In this document: positions 31,922 through 42,817 of the stretch, one piece after another
Numbering within the stretch: the first letter of the stretch is position 1
Layout of the letters: every line of letters begins with the position of its first letter
Origin: Spirochaetia bacterium
GTDB lineage: Bacteria > Spirochaetota > Spirochaetia > CADAEX01
Length of the DNA: 64,000 nt
NCBI GenBank assembly: GCA_963662265.2
Contig: CAXXHA010000011.1
Coordinates: 1-64,000 of the forward strand
Direction of reading: 5' to 3'
The notes under the pieces: generated by a model
Database searches by the model: none
Told to the model about the DNA's origin: nothing
Seen by the model: the letters and a program-made list of their open reading frames with translations, nothing else
Program-made: the position numbers and the translations under genes

Positions 31922-33327
31922 ACTGGATAAACTGACACCGAAACAGACAGTTCAGAACTTGATAAATATATAATAGGTCAGGACAAGGCAAAGAAAGCTG
32001 TAGCTGTAGCCCTGAGAAACAGGGTCAGGCGTCAGAAACTTGACGAGTCGCTGCGCGAAGAAGTTGCTCCCAAGAATATTATAATGATCGGTCCTACAGG
32101 GGTTGGTAAGACAGAGATTGCAAGACGGCTTTCAAAGCTCTGCGGCGCTCCTTTTGTAAAGGTAGAGGCTACTAAATATACAGAGGTCGGGTATGTAGGC
32201 CGTGATGTGGAGTCAATGGTACGAGATCTCATGAATGTTGCTGTAAATATGGTGAAAGCCGAGATGAAGTACCAGGTTGCTGAAGCTGCAGAAGCCAGAG
32301 TTGAAGAGGTAATTCTTGATCTGCTTCTTCCCGGACTTAACAAGAAAAAAACCGAAACAGAACAAGCCTTCACCGGTTTCCCCTGATGTTATTCAGCTTC
32401 CTGATGACAGCTCTGCAGAAATTGAACAGGCTTCTTCTCCGGAAACTTCCACTACAAGGGAAACTTTCAGGAAAATGCTCAAGGAAGGCAAGCTTGAAGA
32501 CAAGGAAATCGATGTAATGGTGTCAAAAGAAAAATACACCTTCAATTGAAATATTTTCAGGTACAAATCTTGAGGACATGGATCTAAACCTCGGCGGATT
32601 CGCAGGACTTCTCGGCGGAGGCAAAAAGAAGAAAAGGAAAATGTCTGTCAGAAATGCCAGGGAAGTGATACTCAACGAAGAAATTGACAAGCTTATTGAT
32701 ACTGACAAGGCATCTGACATAGCCAAGCAGCGTGTTGAAGAGATGGGAATTATTTTTATCGACGAGATTGACAAGGTTGCAGGAAAGGAGTCAAGAAGCG
32801 GCGCTGATGTATCGAGGGAAGGTGTGCAGCGGGATATTCTTCCCATAGTTGAAGGAAGCAAGATTAATACAAAATACGGAATTATTGATACATCTCACAT
32901 TTTATTCATTGCTGCCGGTGCATTCCATATGAGTAAGCCTTCAGACCTTATTCCGGAACTCCAGGGAAGGTTCCCTATCAGGGTTGAGCTTGAATCGCTT
33001 GGAGCTGAAGAATTTGAGAAGATTCTTATTCAGCCTGAAAATGCACTGATAAAGCAGTATGTTGAGCTGATGAAGACAGAGGAAGTTAACCTTGTTTTTA
33101 CTGATGATGCTGTAAGAAAGCTCTCGCAGCTGGCTGAAGAGGTTAACTCAAGAACAGAAAATATAGGGGCAAGAAGACTTCACACAATGATGGAGCTTCT
33201 TCTTGAAGAGATTTCATTTGAAGCTCCTGAACTTGCGGGGCAGTCAATAACAATAACTCCTGATTATATAAATGAACGACTGGGTAATGTTATTGAGGAT
33301 CAGGATTTAAGCAGGTATATCCTGTAG
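31914..33327 (+). CDS. hslU: HslU ATPase; about three apparent frameshifts (~31952, ~32382, ~32530)
   Basis: [55 protein letters not shown]. Confidence 0.93.
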
Positions 33328-33494
33328 AGGGTGCATTTTTGCAAAGGCGAAATGCAATTCTGTATATCAGCTGTGACTGGAGTATGCAGAATGTGATTAA
33401 GATGCTGTCTGCTGAATAATAAAGGTATTCGGCAGAAGCATATGGTTTTAAAAGTGTATTAAATAGTGGCCGGATAGGGTTTGGCTGAATTTTC

Positions 33495-33521
33495 TAATGA
33501 AGGATTTAAATAATCCGATAA
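33495..33521 (+). promoter_or_regulatory. Candidate sigma-28 promoter for flgB
   Basis: TAAT-15 nt-TCCGATAA. Confidence 0.55.
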
Positions 33522-33563
33522 TCTGAGTTAGAGGATTCTTTATAAACCTTAACGGAGGGGTGA

Positions 33564-33980
33564 ATGTTTATAAACAACAATTTCGGCAGGACAGTTGATC
33601 TGCTGCACAGGACAATGGATGTTTCTCTTTTAAGAAGATCTGTAATTGCTGATAATATTGCAAACTCGGATACTCCGAATTTCAAGAGAAGCGTTATTAA
33701 TTTCGAATCTCAGCTCAAGAGAGCGTTTGAATCGCAGAAAAGGGAAACAATTCCTGCAAGAATGACTGATTCCAGGCATATGCCTTTCTATAAACCGGTT
33801 GATTACAGAAATGTCGGACCGAAAAGAGTTCTTGATTATCTGACTCAGTCCAAGAATAACGGAAACAATGTGGATATTGAAGAAGAAATGATGCTTTCAA
33901 TGCAGAATCAGCTTAATTATCAGATGATGACTCTTGCTGTTTCGAATCAGTTTTCACAGATCAATACAGTATTGCGTTAG
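33564..33980 (+). CDS. flgB: Flagellar rod protein FlgB
   Basis: ADNIANSDTPNFK; NGNNVDIE. Confidence 0.96.
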   Translation: MFINNNFGRTVDLLHRTMDVSLLRRSVIADNIANSDTPNFKRSVINFESQLKRAFESQKRETIPARMTDSRHMPFYKPVDYRNVGPKRVLDYLTQSKNNGNNVDIEEEMMLSMQNQLNYQMMTLAVSNQFSQINTVLR

Positions 33981-33990
33981 GGGGTAGAAA

Positions 33991-34449
33991 ATGGGACTTT
34001 ATACAAGTATTAACACTGCATCATCAGGTCTTTCAGCACAGAGGCTGAGACTGGATGTTATTTCCAATAATATTGCCAACTCAAATACTACCAGAACAAC
34101 AGAGGGCGGACCTTTCAGGAGAAGCAGGACTGTTTTCAGACCCAAGGTCTCACAACCATACTGGAGAAGCCCTTTTCTTCCGAAATTCCTCGACAACGGA
34201 ATCGGACACGGTGTAAGGGTAGACAAGGTTGAAAAAGACATGGATGCGAAACCCAAGCTTGTTTTTGATCCGACACATCCTGATGCAATAAAAACCGGAC
34301 CCAGAAAAGGTTATGTTGAATATCCTAATATGAATGTTGTAAATGAGATGGTTGATATGATATCAGCCACAAGATCATATGAAGCAAATGTTGCAATGGT
34401 AAACGGATCCAAGAGCATGTTTCTGAAGGCTCTTGAAATCGGGAGGTAG
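33991..34449 (+). CDS. flgC: Flagellar rod protein FlgC
   Basis: SNNIANSNTT; DPTHPDA; RSYEAN. Confidence 0.97.
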   Translation: MGLYTSINTASSGLSAQRLRLDVISNNIANSNTTRTTEGGPFRRSRTVFRPKVSQPYWRSPFLPKFLDNGIGHGVRVDKVEKDMDAKPKLVFDPTHPDAIKTGPRKGYVEYPNMNVVNEMVDMISATRSYEANVAMVNGSKSMFLKALEIGR

Positions 34450-34453
34450 GTAG

Positions 34454-34792
34454 ATGAATTATCTTAATTATGATCAGGTTTCCGGACACAGGGTATCTCT
34501 CATAAGGACTGATCCCAGGCATTTCAACATGAACGGGCAGGCAGGATCTCCTGCAGTTGCAGATACAGGCGGGGACAGTTTTCAGAAAATGATGTTTGAA
34601 GCTCTCGAAGGGGTAAACAAAATCCAGAATGAGAGTGCTGATGTCAGCAAAAAGATGATTATAGATCCTGACAGTGTTGATCCGCATGATGTTACAATAG
34701 CAATGGCAAAGGCCAACACAGCACTGGCTCTTACTAAGGCTGTAGTTGATAAAAGCCTGAGAGCATACAAGGAGATAATAAGTATCAGATAA
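34454..34792 (+). CDS. fliE: Hook-basal body protein FliE
   Basis: DPHDVTIAMAKA...AYKEII. Confidence 0.93.
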   Translation: MNYLNYDQVSGHRVSLIRTDPRHFNMNGQAGSPAVADTGGDSFQKMMFEALEGVNKIQNESADVSKKMIIDPDSVDPHDVTIAMAKANTALALTKAVVDKSLRAYKEIISIR

Positions 34793-34929
34793 TGATATAA
34801 GGGGAATCTTTGTTTACAGACGCGCCTTTGCGCACTGGTGTTCTTATTAACCGGAAGGTTGAAAAGGAAACCATCTGTTTATGATAAAGGTACCCTGATG
34901 ATATAAGGTTCTTTTCACTGGGGGGGGAA

Positions 34930-36639
34930 ATGAAAGAACAATTTAAAAAAACATTCGGCCAGGCAGCTTCTGTCTGGGGAAAGTTGTCAGCTCTACAGAA
35001 GATTATTGCAGTCTCTGTTGTACTTGTCGTGTTAACAGGGATTATTCTTCTGTCTGTATACAGCTCATCACCGGGACTTGTCAGGGTCCTGACTAATCCT
35101 GTGACTGATGAAAATCTCTTGAACAAAATATCACTCAGAATAGATGAAGAGGGAATTCCACATCAGGTTACGCCTGAAGGGATAATCTATGTAGATGATG
35201 AAAGAACTGCACAGAGAATTGTATCTCTGCTTGCAAGGGAGGACCTTATTCCTCTTGATGCATCTCCATGGGATATCTTTAAGATGGACAGGTGGACTGT
35301 TACTGATTTTGAAAGAAATGTGAACCTGAGGCGCGCTGTGACAGAGAGCCTCAAGAATCATCTTGAAGCTCTTGAGGATATTGATTCTGCCAGGGTTACA
35401 CTTGTACTTCCCGAGGATGAACTTTTCCAGGAGGACCAGAACAAGGTCTCTGCTTCAATTATTCTTACTGCAAAACCCGGTTCAGATATCAGGGAAAACA
35501 GGAAGAAAATCGAAGGTGTTGTCAAGCTTGTGAAATTTGCGGTTGAAGGGCTTGAAGATGAATATATCACCATAACAGATCATCAGGGCAATGTGCTTAA
35601 CGACTTTGCAGGGCTTGAAAAATTTGACAGGCTTGAACTTGCAAAGAGGGAAATGAAAATCAAGGCAGAGCAGGAAAAGAGGCTTAAAACTGCGATTATT
35701 TCATCTCTCAGGCAGATTTTCGGCAAAGACAGGGTTGAGATAATTAACCTTGATATCGACCTTGATATGGGAAAGAAGACTGTGGAAACAGAAGAGCATT
35801 TTCCCATCACAATGAAAGCTGACAACCCGGGAACCCCTTTTGATGAAACAGAAGTTATCCCCTCAATAACACTTTCAAAAAATACTGTAGATGAGCAGTT
35901 CAGGGGTACCGGATTCAATCCCGAGGGACCTGCCGGGCAGGAAGGTCAGACTCCTCCAGCCTACAAGGATCTTGAAGGTATGGTGGGCGAGTATTCAAGA
36001 AACAATGTTACACAGAATGAAGTTGTAAATACAAAGAATATTTATGAGGAAAAAAGCCCCTGGAGCATAGAAAGAATAACTGTCGGTGTTGTTATAGACG
36101 GCCTGTGGAGATGGGAATATGATGACGGCGGCGAGGTGAAGCTGGAAAAAGACGGCAGTATAATAAGAAAATATGAAGCTGTAACAGAAGATGATCTTGC
36201 CAAGGCGAAGACACTTGTTGAGCATGCTATAGGTTATAATAAGAACAGAGGCGATTCTGTAACAGTTCAGTCCATACAGTTTGACAGGACAGGGCAGTTC
36301 CTGCAAGAAGATGAAAAATACAGAAACAAGATGAGAATGCGGAAGATGATAATCTACTCGATTATCGGATTTATTGTACTTGTCATATTTTTCATCATCT
36401 TCAGGATTGTTGTCAGATCTATTGAAAGAAGAAGAAAGCTTAAAGAGGAAGAACTTGCAAGACAGCACCAGGCTATGCGTGAAGCAGCGCTCAGAAGCGC
36501 GGAAGAGGAAGGAGTCAGTGTTGAAATGTCTGTCGAAGACCGTGCACGGCTTGAAATGCAGGAAAATGCCATTAATATGGCACGTGAACATCCTGAAGAT
36601 GTAGCACAGCTGATCAGAACCTGGTTGATGGAGGAATAG
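34930..36639 (+). CDS. fliF: MS-ring protein FliF
   Basis: Two TMs; SASIIL; PEDVAQLIRTWL. Confidence 0.95.
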   Translation: MKEQFKKTFGQAASVWGKLSALQKIIAVSVVLVVLTGIILLSVYSSSPGLVRVLTNPVTDENLLNKISLRIDEEGIPHQVTPEGIIYVDDERTAQRIVSLLAREDLIPLDASPWDIFKMDRWTVTDFERNVNLRRAVTESLKNHLEALEDIDSARVTLVLPEDELFQEDQNKVSASIILTAKPGSDIRENRKKIEGVVKLVKFAVEGLEDEYITITDHQGNVLNDFAGLEKFDRLELAKREMKIKAEQEKRLKTAIISSLRQIFGKDRVEIINLDIDLDMGKKTVETEEHFPITMKADNPGTPFDETEVIPSITLSKNTVDEQFRGTGFNPEGPAGQEGQTPPAYKDLEGMVGEYSRNNVTQNEVVNTKNIYEEKSPWSIERITVGVVIDGLWRWEYDDGGEVKLEKDGSIIRKYEAVTEDDLAKAKTLVEHAIGYNKNRGDSVTVQSIQFDRTGQFLQEDEKYRNKMRMRKMIIYSIIGFIVLVIFFIIFRIVVRSIERRRKLKEEELARQHQAMREAALRSAEEEGVSVEMSVEDRARLEMQENAINMAREHPEDVAQLIRTWLMEE

Positions 36640-36643
36640 GATT

Positions 36644-37690
36644 ATGGGAAAGACACCGGCAAATCCCCCTGCAAAAAAGGGCGGGGTAAGAAAAGAACTT
36701 ACCGGAAGACAGAAAGCAGCAATTTTTCTTGTGACAATCGGATCAGAGATCTCTGCAGATATATTCAAGCATCTGAGAGAGGATGAGATAGAGGCGTTAA
36801 CCTTTGAAATAGCAAGACTCGAGAGCGTTGAAGCTGAAGACAGGGACAAGGTACTGCTTGAGTTCAAGGAACTCATGATGGCCCAGGACTTCATAACATC
36901 GGGCGGTATTGACTATGCACGTGAACTTCTTGAAAAATCACTCGGTAACCAGAAAGCTATAGATATAATAAACAGGCTGACAAGTTCTCTCCAGATAAGG
37001 CCTTTCGACTTTATCAGAAGAACAGACCCTACACACCTTTTGAACTTCATACAGCAGGAGCATCCGCAGACAATTGCGCTTATTCTCGCGTATCTTGAAC
37101 CGGAAAAAGCTTCAATTATTCTTTCAAGTCTTCCCCATGAGACTCAGTCTGATGTTGCAAAGCGTATTGCCACCATGGACCGTACATCACCTGAAACACT
37201 GAGAGAGGTTGAACGGGTTCTTGAGAAGAAACTGTCAACACTTTCAAGCGAGGACTATACATCAGCAGGCGGTGTTGAAAGCATTGTGGAAATACTCAAC
37301 CGTGTTGACCGTTCAACTGAAAAGACAATTATTGAATCACTCGAAGAGGAAGATCCTGAACTTGCAGAAGAAATCAAGAAGAGAATGTTTGTATTCGAAG
37401 ATATTGTACTTCTTGATGACAGGGCTATCCAGAAGGTACTCAGGGAAGTTGACCAGCAGGAGCTTGGGAAAGCGCTTAAAGCTGTCGATAATGAAGTACA
37501 GGACAAGATTTTCAAGAACATGTCAAAGAGGGCTGCAAATACTCTCAAGGAAGATATGGAATTCATGGGACCGATCAGGCTTAAGGATGTTGAAGAGGCT
37601 CAGCAGAAGATTGTATCTGTAATCAGAAAACTTGAAGAACAGGGTGAAATTGTTGTTGCAAGATCCGGTGAAGATGAAATGGTTGTTTAG
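36644..37690 (+). CDS. fliG: Motor switch protein FliG
   Basis: EHPQTIALIL, MFVFED. Confidence 0.97.
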   Translation: MGKTPANPPAKKGGVRKELTGRQKAAIFLVTIGSEISADIFKHLREDEIEALTFEIARLESVEAEDRDKVLLEFKELMMAQDFITSGGIDYARELLEKSLGNQKAIDIINRLTSSLQIRPFDFIRRTDPTHLLNFIQQEHPQTIALILAYLEPEKASIILSSLPHETQSDVAKRIATMDRTSPETLREVERVLEKKLSTLSSEDYTSAGGVESIVEILNRVDRSTEKTIIESLEEEDPELAEEIKKRMFVFEDIVLLDDRAIQKVLREVDQQELGKALKAVDNEVQDKIFKNMSKRAANTLKEDMEFMGPIRLKDVEEAQQKIVSVIRKLEEQGEIVVARSGEDEMVV

Positions 37691-37932
37691 CCATTACTGT
37701 GAAATTGTGAGTTTATGATATAAGTATGATTATTTATTTTGTTTTGCAGCAATTTTGATTATCATGCAGTTATTTATGTAATTTTTGCTGCTGTTTTTAA
37801 CAGCAGCGTCTGCCGGCAGAGTAATGCCATATAAGCTTTAAAGGCTTGATAGGTTGTTTTGATACCGGCAGATAATATATGCGGAAAGCCGTAAGAGATA
37901 AATACGGCAATTCTGTTTCCGGAGGTGTATTA

Positions 37933-38858
37933 ATGGCACGGAATGTATTCAGAGCCAAAGAAATAGTTGATCTTCAGTCAACCGTAATTATTGAACCTGC
38001 AATAGAAGAGGTTGAAGAGGTTGAGGAGGAAATGACTCTTGAGGAATATACAGGTCCGACTGCCGATGATCTCCGGAGAGAAGCTGAAGCTTTCAAAGCC
38101 TCCTGGGACAGTGAGCGGGAGAAGATGATATCTGATGCCCGCAGTGAGGCTGAAAGGATTATTGAAGAGGCCAAGCAGACTGCATTTGAGGAGATAAAAA
38201 AGGGTAAAAATGAAGCCCAGAAATCAATGCAGGAAGCCAGCGACAGCGCTGATGCAATAGTCAGGGATGCAGAGGAAAAAGCTACTTCCATACTCAGCGA
38301 TGCTGATGAAAGAGTCACAGGGTATTGAAAAAGATGCTTTTGACAAGGGATTTAATGAGGGACGGGATACCGTTTTTGAAAGCGGTAAGGGAGAGGTCGA
38401 GAGGCTTATTGATAAGGTTCAGACAGTTCTCAACAATGCCATAGACAAGAGAAATATGATTATCGAGGAATCGGAAACACAGCTTATAAACCTTGTCCTG
38501 CTTATTTCCCAGAAGGTTATTAAGGTTATATCTGAAAATCAGAAAAAATGTTGTTATAAACAACGTTATACAGGCTCTCAGGAAGCTTAAGACAAGGGGT
38601 GAGGTTATTGTAAGGGTTAACCTTGCCGATGTTCAGCTTACTACCGATCATATCAAAGACTTCATGAGAATGGTTGATAATATAAGGTCTATTACAGTTC
38701 TTGAAGATTCAACAGTCGACAGGGGCGGGTGTATTATTGAAACTGATTTCGGAGAAATTGATGCAAGAATTTCATCTCAGCTCAATGAAATCAGGGACAG
38801 GATACTGGAACTTGCACCTATCAAGACAAAGGCTGAGGTTGAAGAGGATTTTATGTAG
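37933..38858 (+). CDS. fliH: Flagellar assembly protein FliH; frameshifts ~38320 and ~38545
   Basis: AxxxG repeats; GGCIIETDFGEIDARI; RBS GGAGG before ATG 37933. Confidence 0.9.
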
Positions 38859-38997
38859 TTGATTTGTAAGATCCTGAATTTTTCCTGACTGATGCCGGTT
38901 CCGGGGGGGAATCAGCAATCTGTGGGAAGGGGCCAGTTTTATACAGACTGCATTTATAAAAGTTATAATGTGCCCATAAAAATACCGGGGGGGGGGA

Positions 38998-40315
38998 ATG
39001 AGCACTATTTTTGAAAAATACAGTGATGTACTCGATACGACAGATCCAATCAAATTCACAGGAAGGGTAATAAAGGTTCAGGGGCTTCTTATAGAAAGTT
39101 CGGGGCCGAGAGTTATTCTTGGTGAACTCTGCTATATCATAATAAATGACAAAGATGTTATATGGGCAGAAGTTGTGGCCCTCAAAGAGGACTCGGTGCA
39201 GCTTATGGCATATGACTCCATGGAGGGGATAGAAATAGGCTGTCCTGTAGTTGCTACAGGAGATTTTCTTAAAATACCTGTCTCCTCAAAAATACTCGGC
39301 CGTGTGGTTGACAGCATGGGAAGGCCTGCCGATGACAGTGGCAATATAAGATCTGCTTCAAAAATATCTGTTTTTAATTCACCTCCCGACATACTGAAGC
39401 GTAAAATGATTACTGACCAGATACCTACAGGTGTAAGGGCAATTGATTCAATACTTTCAGTAGGTATGGGACAGAGAATCGGTATTTTTTCAGGTGCCGG
39501 AGTCGGAAAGTCAACACTCCTTGGAATGATTGCACGGAATACTGAATCCGATGTCAATGTTATTGCGCTAGTAGGAGAGAGAGGGCGTGAAGTTCTGGAA
39601 TTCATTGAAAATGAACTTGGAGAGGAGGGGCTGAAGAAGTCTGTTATTGTTGTCTCATCATCAGACAGCCTGCCTATAGCAAGGATACGGGGATCATACA
39701 CTGCAACTGCAATTGCGGAATATTTCAGGGACAGGGGCAAGAAATGTCATGCTGTTTTTCGATTCCCTGACCCGTTTTGCAAGGGCGCAGAGGGAAATAG
39801 GGCTTGCAATAGGCGAACCTCCTGCAACAAGAGGGTTCACTCCTTCTGTTTTTACCGAGATGCCCAAGCTTCTTGAAAGATGCGCCAATTCAGATAAAGG
39901 GACAATCACAGGTTTTTATACAGTTCTTGTCGAAGGTGATGATCTTGATGAACCTGTTGCAGACAATGCCGAAGGTTTTCTCGACGGCCATATAATTCTG
40001 GACAGGAAACTTGCGGAATCAAACCATTATCCTGCCATAAACATACTGAAATCAATATCACGGCTTGCAAATAAGATTACATCAGCAGATGTGAGGAACG
40101 CAGCAGGTTATATACGGAACAAGATGGCTGTATATACAGAAGCCGAGGACCTTATAAATGTTGGGGCCTATGCTCGCGGTTCCAATCCCGAAATTGATGA
40201 GGCTATTGCAAAGCTCCCGGAGATAAAGAAATTTCTCATACAGGATATTGAGGAGAGAACAGAAATTGAGGAAACACTGATGCAGGCTGCCGGGATAGCC
40301 GGTATCAGTAAATAA
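38998..40315 (+). CDS. fliI: Flagellar export ATPase FliI; frameshift ~39742
   Basis: GAGVGKSTL, GERGRE, DSLTRFARAQREIG, LDGHI. Confidence 0.95.
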
Positions 40316-40328
40316 TGGCTGAGGTGAG

Positions 40329-40778
40329 ATGAAGGAATTCGCGTTCAGGATGGAAAAGCTGCTCGAGATAAGAAAATTCAAAGAGAGGGAAATATCTCTT
40401 GAGCTGGCAGAAGTTACCGGACGGGTGATAAGCAAGGAAAATGAAATAAAACGTTTTGGCGCGATGAGAAAAACAGATTTTAAAAAACCGTTTCAATTAT
40501 GCCGATAATAATCTGAGTGCGGATTCAATGTTTCATGACAGCCAGTTTTTCCGCAGTAAGTGAAAAGATAAAGCAGCTTACTGAAGAACTGGGTGAAATA
40601 GAAAAAGAGCGTGATAAGGTGCGGGAAAGATATATAGAAGCACTGAAAGATAAAAACGTACTTGAGAAGCTCAAGGAAAAGAAAATGGCGGAACACAGGA
40701 AGAGGGAAATGGGTAAAGAGGAAAAAAGCCCTTGATGATATATCAGTTACAAGTTTTACAATAAAACTACAGAAATGA
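40329..40778 (+). CDS. fliJ: Flagellar export chaperone FliJ; about three apparent frameshifts
   Basis: MKEFAFRMEKLLEIRK...; VLEKLKEKK...EEKALDD after reframing; RBS GAGG. Confidence 0.82.
40481..40508 (+). promoter_or_regulatory. Candidate sigma-28 promoter inside fliJ
   Basis: TAAA-16 nt-GCCGATAA (15 nt if the frameshifting A is an error). Confidence 0.5.
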
Positions 40779-40839
40779 CAAAAAACTTGTTTTTGTCATG
40801 AGCGGCAGAGACTTTCCGAGAGGAAAGTGCTCGAAAGCG
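40775..40839 (+). repeat. Copy of the dispersed hairpin element (fliJ-flbB spacer)
   Basis: ATGACAAAAA-ACTTG-TTTTTGTCAT, then CAGAGAC-TTTCC-GAGA-GGAAA-GTGCTCGAAAGCG. Confidence 0.88.
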
Positions 40840-40854
40840 TAAGGAGGTTCAATA

Positions 40855-41491
40855 ATGGGTATAACAGGAAGCGCGGGTGCAGGAATCAGAATTTTTGTTC
40901 TGCTTCTTCTCATAGCAGCAGTAAGTTTCGGCGGTATAATTTGGTTTGATTACCTGGGAATAATTAATGCACGTGAAAGTCTTTCATCTGTTTTTTGCCC
41001 TGTTCAGCAAGGAAAAAGTTGTAAAACTGAATAATGATGAAGATATGATGCTTCTTGACAGGGAGCGATTCAATAAAATGAAAGAAGCTCTGACTATACA
41101 GGCGGAAGAGCTTTCAAAAAAGGATGAAGATCTAAAAAAAAAGGAAGTTGCCATAACACAGAAGCTTGAAATGCTTGCAGAAAGGGAAAAGGCACTCGAA
41201 GAAAGAGAAAAATCATTTAATACCCGAACAAGATTGTACGAAAATAAAATAGCGAACCTTGAACAGTCATCAAAATATCTTGTAGGTATGCCGCCTGAAA
41301 ATGCAAGAGATATTCTTCTGAAAATGAATGATCAGGATGTAATTGATATTTTGAGAGTTACTGAGAGGCTTGCAGAAGAGGCTGGCGAGAGTTCGCTTGT
41401 CGCTTACTGGCTTTCTCTCCTGCCTGCAGATAAAGCGGCAGCTATACAGAGAAAGATGACAATAAAGCCTGATGATACAATCAGTAATTAG
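40855..41491 (+). CDS. flbB: Periplasmic flagellar collar protein FlbB; frameshift at T6 ~40992
   Basis: RBS AAGGAGG; RIFVLLLLIAAVSFGGIIWFDYLG; coiled coil; GMPPENA; SLVAYWLS. Confidence 0.85.
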
Positions 41492-41588
41492 GCGCTTAAA
41501 AATACTGGAAACAGCTTTTAATGCGCCTTGCAGACTTATAAAAAAGTTTGTTGAAGTTATCCGGAACTGTCCGGAAAAGGAGTACTGA

Positions 41589-42803
41589 GTGCCGGCAGTA
41601 ATTGCTGTAAAAATTAACAATTCAAAAATAAAAGCTCAGGAAAAAAACACATCTGCAGAAGCTGGCAGGAAAACTGTAAAAGAGAATTCAGAAGGATCAG
41701 TCCGAAACGGTGAAGCCTTAAAAAAGGATTTTAAAAAACTTCTTGAAAAAAATCTCTCAAAAAACAGCAGCAAAAAGATCAATCATGACAATGTAAAAGC
41801 TCCGGGGAAAAAGAAAGCGGGAAAAGGTAAGGAAACTGATCCTGAAAACCTTAATAATCTTCAGGGTGAAATGTCAGCTGGTATGAAATCAGAAGCTGAA
41901 AAACTTAAAAACGGAAACATAATCAATTTTGATGCTGATCTGAAACCTGAAGAGGCAAACCTTGTAAAGAAAGAGGTCGGGGAAAATATTTCCGAAAAAA
42001 CGGATTTAAATACGTTATCCCTGCATGCTGCTGCCAATACTGCTGAACAGAAAAATACAGCTGTGAAAACTGACAGTATAAATAATGAAGCAAAAAATAA
42101 AAAAAACAGCATTGATCCTTTAAAAGCTGAAGCTGATAAAAAGGAAGATGTGAAGCTGAAAGTGCTTGATCTGAGGACAGCTGAAAACAGCGGAAAAAAC
42201 GGAAGTGAGTTTTCAGGATCAGAAAAAGGGGGAGAAAAGTTCGACCTTCTTCTGGAAACAGCGGATCAGAAAAACGACAGCAGCGAAACACAGATCAAGG
42301 ATGCCCTGATTATAAAGGCAGAACCTGCAGCAGATATAAAGAACGATGTTCCTGTGAAATCTCTTACTGCTCAGCAGAATGCGGTTCTTGAGAAACTGAG
42401 AGCTGATGGAAATGCTGAAATTGTAAAACAGACAAAAATGATACTTTCCGACAATAATTCAGGCGAGCTGAGAATGGTTCTCAAGCCTGAAAGACTCGGC
42501 TATGTAAGAATTAAGCTGAATCTTGATGATAATAATATAGTGGGACGAATTATTGTCGACAATAATAATATAAAAGAAATATTTGAAAACAACATGGATA
42601 ACCTTTTAAGGAATTTCAGGGAAAGCGGATTTTCTTCAGCTTCGCTTGAAGTTTCTGTCGGAGGAGAGAAAGGCAGCCAGCAGAACATGGAAAACAATGA
42701 ACGGTTTTTCAGCAAAAAAATAATTGAAGATGTTGACAGCCATAATGTTATCGACAGCCGCAACAGCATGGATGCGGAGACATTAGTGGATCTTGTTGTT
42801 TAA
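41589..42803 (+). CDS. fliK: Hook-length control protein FliK
   Basis: Low-complexity N-terminus; LKPERLG C-domain; precedes flgD. Confidence 0.88.
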   Translation: MPAVIAVKINNSKIKAQEKNTSAEAGRKTVKENSEGSVRNGEALKKDFKKLLEKNLSKNSSKKINHDNVKAPGKKKAGKGKETDPENLNNLQGEMSAGMKSEAEKLKNGNIINFDADLKPEEANLVKKEVGENISEKTDLNTLSLHAAANTAEQKNTAVKTDSINNEAKNKKNSIDPLKAEADKKEDVKLKVLDLRTAENSGKNGSEFSGSEKGGEKFDLLLETADQKNDSSETQIKDALIIKAEPAADIKNDVPVKSLTAQQNAVLEKLRADGNAEIVKQTKMILSDNNSGELRMVLKPERLGYVRIKLNLDDNNIVGRIIVDNNNIKEIFENNMDNLLRNFRESGFSSASLEVSVGGEKGSQQNMENNERFFSKKIIEDVDSHNVIDSRNSMDAETLVDLVV

Positions 42804-42817
42804 GGGGAGAATAGGTT

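Noticed and set aside
35995-36894. 299-aa antisense ORF
   Set aside because: Shadow of fliF/fliG, rich in Ser/Phe/Leu.
30580-38550. Programmed ribosomal frameshifting at A/G runs in xerC and fliH
   Set aside because: Indels occur in many unrelated genes with no shared stimulatory signal; sequencing error is simpler.
40819-40830. RNase P-like GAGGAAAGT
   Set aside because: It is part of the variable stem of the small element, with no room for an RNase P RNA.
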